Source of the DNA: Felis catus
Taxonomy: Eukaryota
Length of the DNA stretch: 64,000 nt
Direction of reading: 5' to 3'
Assembly: GCF_018350175.1 (NCBI RefSeq)
Contig: NC_058373.1
Location: forward strand, 103,728,001-103,792,000
The position numbers and the translations under genes are program-made. Each line of letters begins with the position of its first letter. Within the stretch, counting starts at the first letter, position 1. Shown here piece by piece: positions 61,229-64,000 of this stretch. The notes below the pieces were generated by a model. That model had not been told where the DNA came from and did not search any database. It was given only the letters and a program-made list of their open reading frames with translations.

Positions 61229-61806
61229 TCTGTTGTAGCTGACACCCTTTGGTGTGTCTGACTAGCTTGCGGTGGCTCCCTCGGTTCTGGAAACCGTTTG
61301 CCCACTTTGCCTGCCAACGTGGTTAATGGCTTGCACTCCGTGACCCACCTGGACCTTCATTGATTGGATTGGGGATGGGGGAGTCACCTATCTCAAGCTG
61401 GGCCAGTTACCTCCTTCTTCAGATTCTGGAACTAGGTCAGAGCGGCAGCAAATTTCACTAGTACTTGGAATCGCAGCAGGTAGGCCATATTCCACATGGA
61501 CCACAAAGATAGAGGTGGTCAGAGAGAAAGCAAGCTAGAAGGAATTGAGTAAAAATAGCCAGAGGAGAGGAGAGGAGAGGAGAGGAGAGGAGAGGAGAGG
61601 AGAGGAGAGGAGAGGAGAGGAGAGGAGAGGAGAGGAGAGGAGAAGAAAACCTAGAGACTTTGCACTTCAGATGCAAAAACGCCTTTGGCATGCATGCCCT
61701 TGAATCCAAAAGAAAATCCCTGGGTCCTGAAATATTCTTCCCACTTTTGCTTAAACCAGTTCAACTTAGTTTCTTTTCCACGAAACTATTAGGTCTTGAC
61801 TAATTA
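61229..61806 (+). mobile_element. ERVL-class solo LTR remnant (LTR16/LTR33-like)
   Basis: tgattggattggggatggg...ctcaagctgggccag...ttttgcttaaaccagttcaacttagtttct...gtcttgactaat. Confidence 0.55.
61561..61643. repeat. (AGAGG)16 homopurine pentanucleotide repeat
   Basis: Read directly from the sequence. Confidence 0.98.
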
Positions 61807-61849
61807 ATATAACATTTTTCTTTCAAGAGGTTCAAAGTGACTGAAAGAG

Positions 61850-63070
61850 AGCCCAGGATTCATCAATATCCATGAGAAGCTAGTGCCAAGATGTCCACAA
61901 AAGTTTGGAAGATGGAAAGCAGATGGCCAGGCAGTAATTGACTCAGCAAAGCAGAGAAAGTACAGTCATCAGCACCTGCAGAAGGGAAAGGTCAAAACAA
62001 AACAAAACAAAACAAAACAAAACAAAACAAGAGCAAGTAGATACTTGCCATAGAATCCAAGAAGGGGTCAGGATTTAGAAGCACCAGATATAATTGAAGA
62101 GTAGATTGGGGTGGGGATTTTACACTGAAGAATGCCATCCTATATGTGGCTGCTCATACAGGAGCTGAGTGACCAGTTCTCCCTCAGACCAGCAGAAGTT
62201 AGGATAGTGCCTCTCTGAAGAAAAAGGACCAGGGGGGGCTCTGGCCATAGACATGGGCTCATAAGACAAAGAGGAGGACAAGGGGGAAACATTCCACTGA
62301 AAGACAGAGAAGATGATTGACAGTTTGCATGCTGAATCAGGACCACCCAGCCTCCCTCTCCTGCTCTCCCAGAATGCAGGTAAATGCAGGGAAATGCTTA
62401 TGCAAGTAAATGCATTATAAGATGTTTATGCCTTATTCTTCATATGTCAAATACAGCCAGTAGAGCACAGACACCAACCAACTGGAATGAACACTGGCTT
62501 TAGCACTGAGGTTAGATCTTGTAGGTGTTAACCCTATAGTTGCTAGTTGTGGGAAGTGGGGTTTCAGAAGGGTCAGGGTGGTAAAGTAAAAGGCAGTCTG
62601 AGAGCTCAGGACAGTGGCTCTTTACCCCAGTAATAAGAGTTTCAATATTTTAACAACAAGTGTGTCTGCACTAGTGTGTCCCAGCCGAACATCAGCCTTG
62701 TTCATACCTATAGGCAAGAAATTCTTCTCTGGTGAAACTGAATTTTTCTCTGATGAAAATCTGAAAACTTAGGGTCCCTAAATATAAAAGCCAGGTCACG
62801 CCCAATCATCTGACAGCGAACCCCAGTAGTCAACAAAACTGCCCATGCACACAGAGCTTCCAACTGGCTTCTAGTACCTCCAGTTTAAATAGGAATGGAC
62901 ATGCCCGGACCATTCCACTTTTGAAGGAAGCCCGTGCCATTAAAGACGGAGACCAAACAAAGGAAATACAGAACTCAGAGGAAACAGACATGAGGCAGGG
63001 AACAGGGGGTTAAAAAAAAAAAAAAGACTTCCAGTTATAGAATTAATATCTTTAGAGGGCTAAATAAAGA
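61850..63070 (+). mobile_element. Ancient L1/HAL1-like 5' fragment with (AAAAC)n at 61994-62030
   Basis: aagtttggaagatggaaagcagatgg; cacacagagcttccaactggcttctagtacctc...gagaccaaacaaag. Confidence 0.45.
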
Positions 63071-63114
63071 ACTTGCAACCAGAGAAGAAAAACAACCACA
63101 AAAGCATATATGCC

Positions 63115-63990
63115 ATTCACGTATTCAACAATTGTTTATTTAGCATGTACTATATATATATCACCCTGTTTCAGTGATCACTTCCTATTTTCTGCCCTCC
63201 TGCCACCCCCACAGCCACAGCCCTAGAGGCATGCTTATCACTTCTCAGCTGAACGTTAGCAATTGACTTCCAATTCATTTCCCTGTCTCTAGTCTTGCTC
63301 TCCTATAATCCACCATTTACATTTAGAAGGTAAACTCCCAGGATCTATGGGATTTCCACTGCTCAGAGAAAAGAGCCCAGAAACCTTAGCTCTGCACACA
63401 CAGCCTCCAACTCGGCAGTACTAAAGCACTTGACATTCCCCTAAACGTGTTGACATTTCCCAGCTTCGTGTCTTTGAGATCCTTCTGCCTGAAATCACCT
63501 TCCTTAACTCGTCCACATTGAGAGACAGCTCCTCTCATGTCACCCTAACACCAGGTAGCACTGAACATGCTCTGCTCACTGTCACTGTACCGTGGACTTT
63601 GTGCTCTTCCCTGTCACGGAAATGTTGTCCCTCAAGGCTCGGGACTTTGCCTCATTTGGATCCTCGTGACCTTGCCCAGTGCTCGACACCTGGTAGAGTG
63701 ATGTTCTTAGGCTAGACAGGTGGGTGGGTGGATGAATTTAGGAACTGAGCTGTGTCTTATGGGGTGAATAGAATCTGGACTGGCAGAAAGAAAAAAGGAA
63801 GGCATTCCAAAGCGGGAGAATGTAATGAGTGTTCAGGTGGAAGCAGGGACAGGCACGGTGAAAACACTACCCAGCCTAGAACACAGGATGGGAGCTAGGC
63901 AGAGGAGAGTCCGCGAAGCCTCGGAACAGGAGTTTGGTTTAGATATGGCAGAGCATAGAAGCTGTTGTTAAAATGGTTTGCAGGTCTTTG
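63115..63990. mobile_element. L2 fragments in both orientations
   Basis: attcaacaattgtttatttagcatgtactat; ccttctgcctgaaatcaccttcc; ggaaggcattccaaagcggg. Confidence 0.55.
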
Positions 63991-64000
63991 AGTAACTACA

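Noticed and set aside
61458..61709. ORF with SSPLL repeats
   Set aside because: It is the translation of the (AGAGG)n microsatellite.
1..64000. A novel multi-gene system (defence locus, CRISPR, operon or endogenous virus)
   Set aside because: There is no gene-dense segment, no repeat-spacer array and no gag/pol/env or other viral ORF. The window is ordinary felid non-coding DNA with candidate regulatory elements.

Overview
This is mammalian nuclear DNA from a felid (cat-like) genome, identified by about 30 full-length tRNA-derived CAN-SINEs of the feline type (GGGGCGCCTGGGTGGCTCAGTCGGTTAAG...(CT)n...AATAAA, poly-A), 5 short tRNA-like SINEs and carnivore/feline L1 3' fragments. Older mammalian repeats are also present: L2, MIR, L1M, ERVL/MaLR LTRs and hAT MITEs. 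I recognise no host protein-coding gene, rRNA, real tRNA or CRISPR array. The only real protein similarity in the ORF track is to L1 ORF2 C-terminal fragments; most other ORFs are SINE-derived or chance. Between the repeats lie long unique blocks, the largest about 48.1-52.6 kb, rich in homeodomain, SOX, POU, TCF and MEIS motifs. This pattern suggests an intron or gene desert of a developmental regulatory landscape (inference; the gene is not identified). Best leads: the enhancer-like 49.7-51.9 kb block, a few well-formed orphan exons (one is an 18-nt microexon), a palindromic hairpin at 13.18-13.28 kb, and several compound retrotransposition events. I found no supportable evidence of a previously undescribed biological system. 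Repeat subfamily names come from memory of consensus sequences, not database searches, and boundaries of ancient repeats are approximate.
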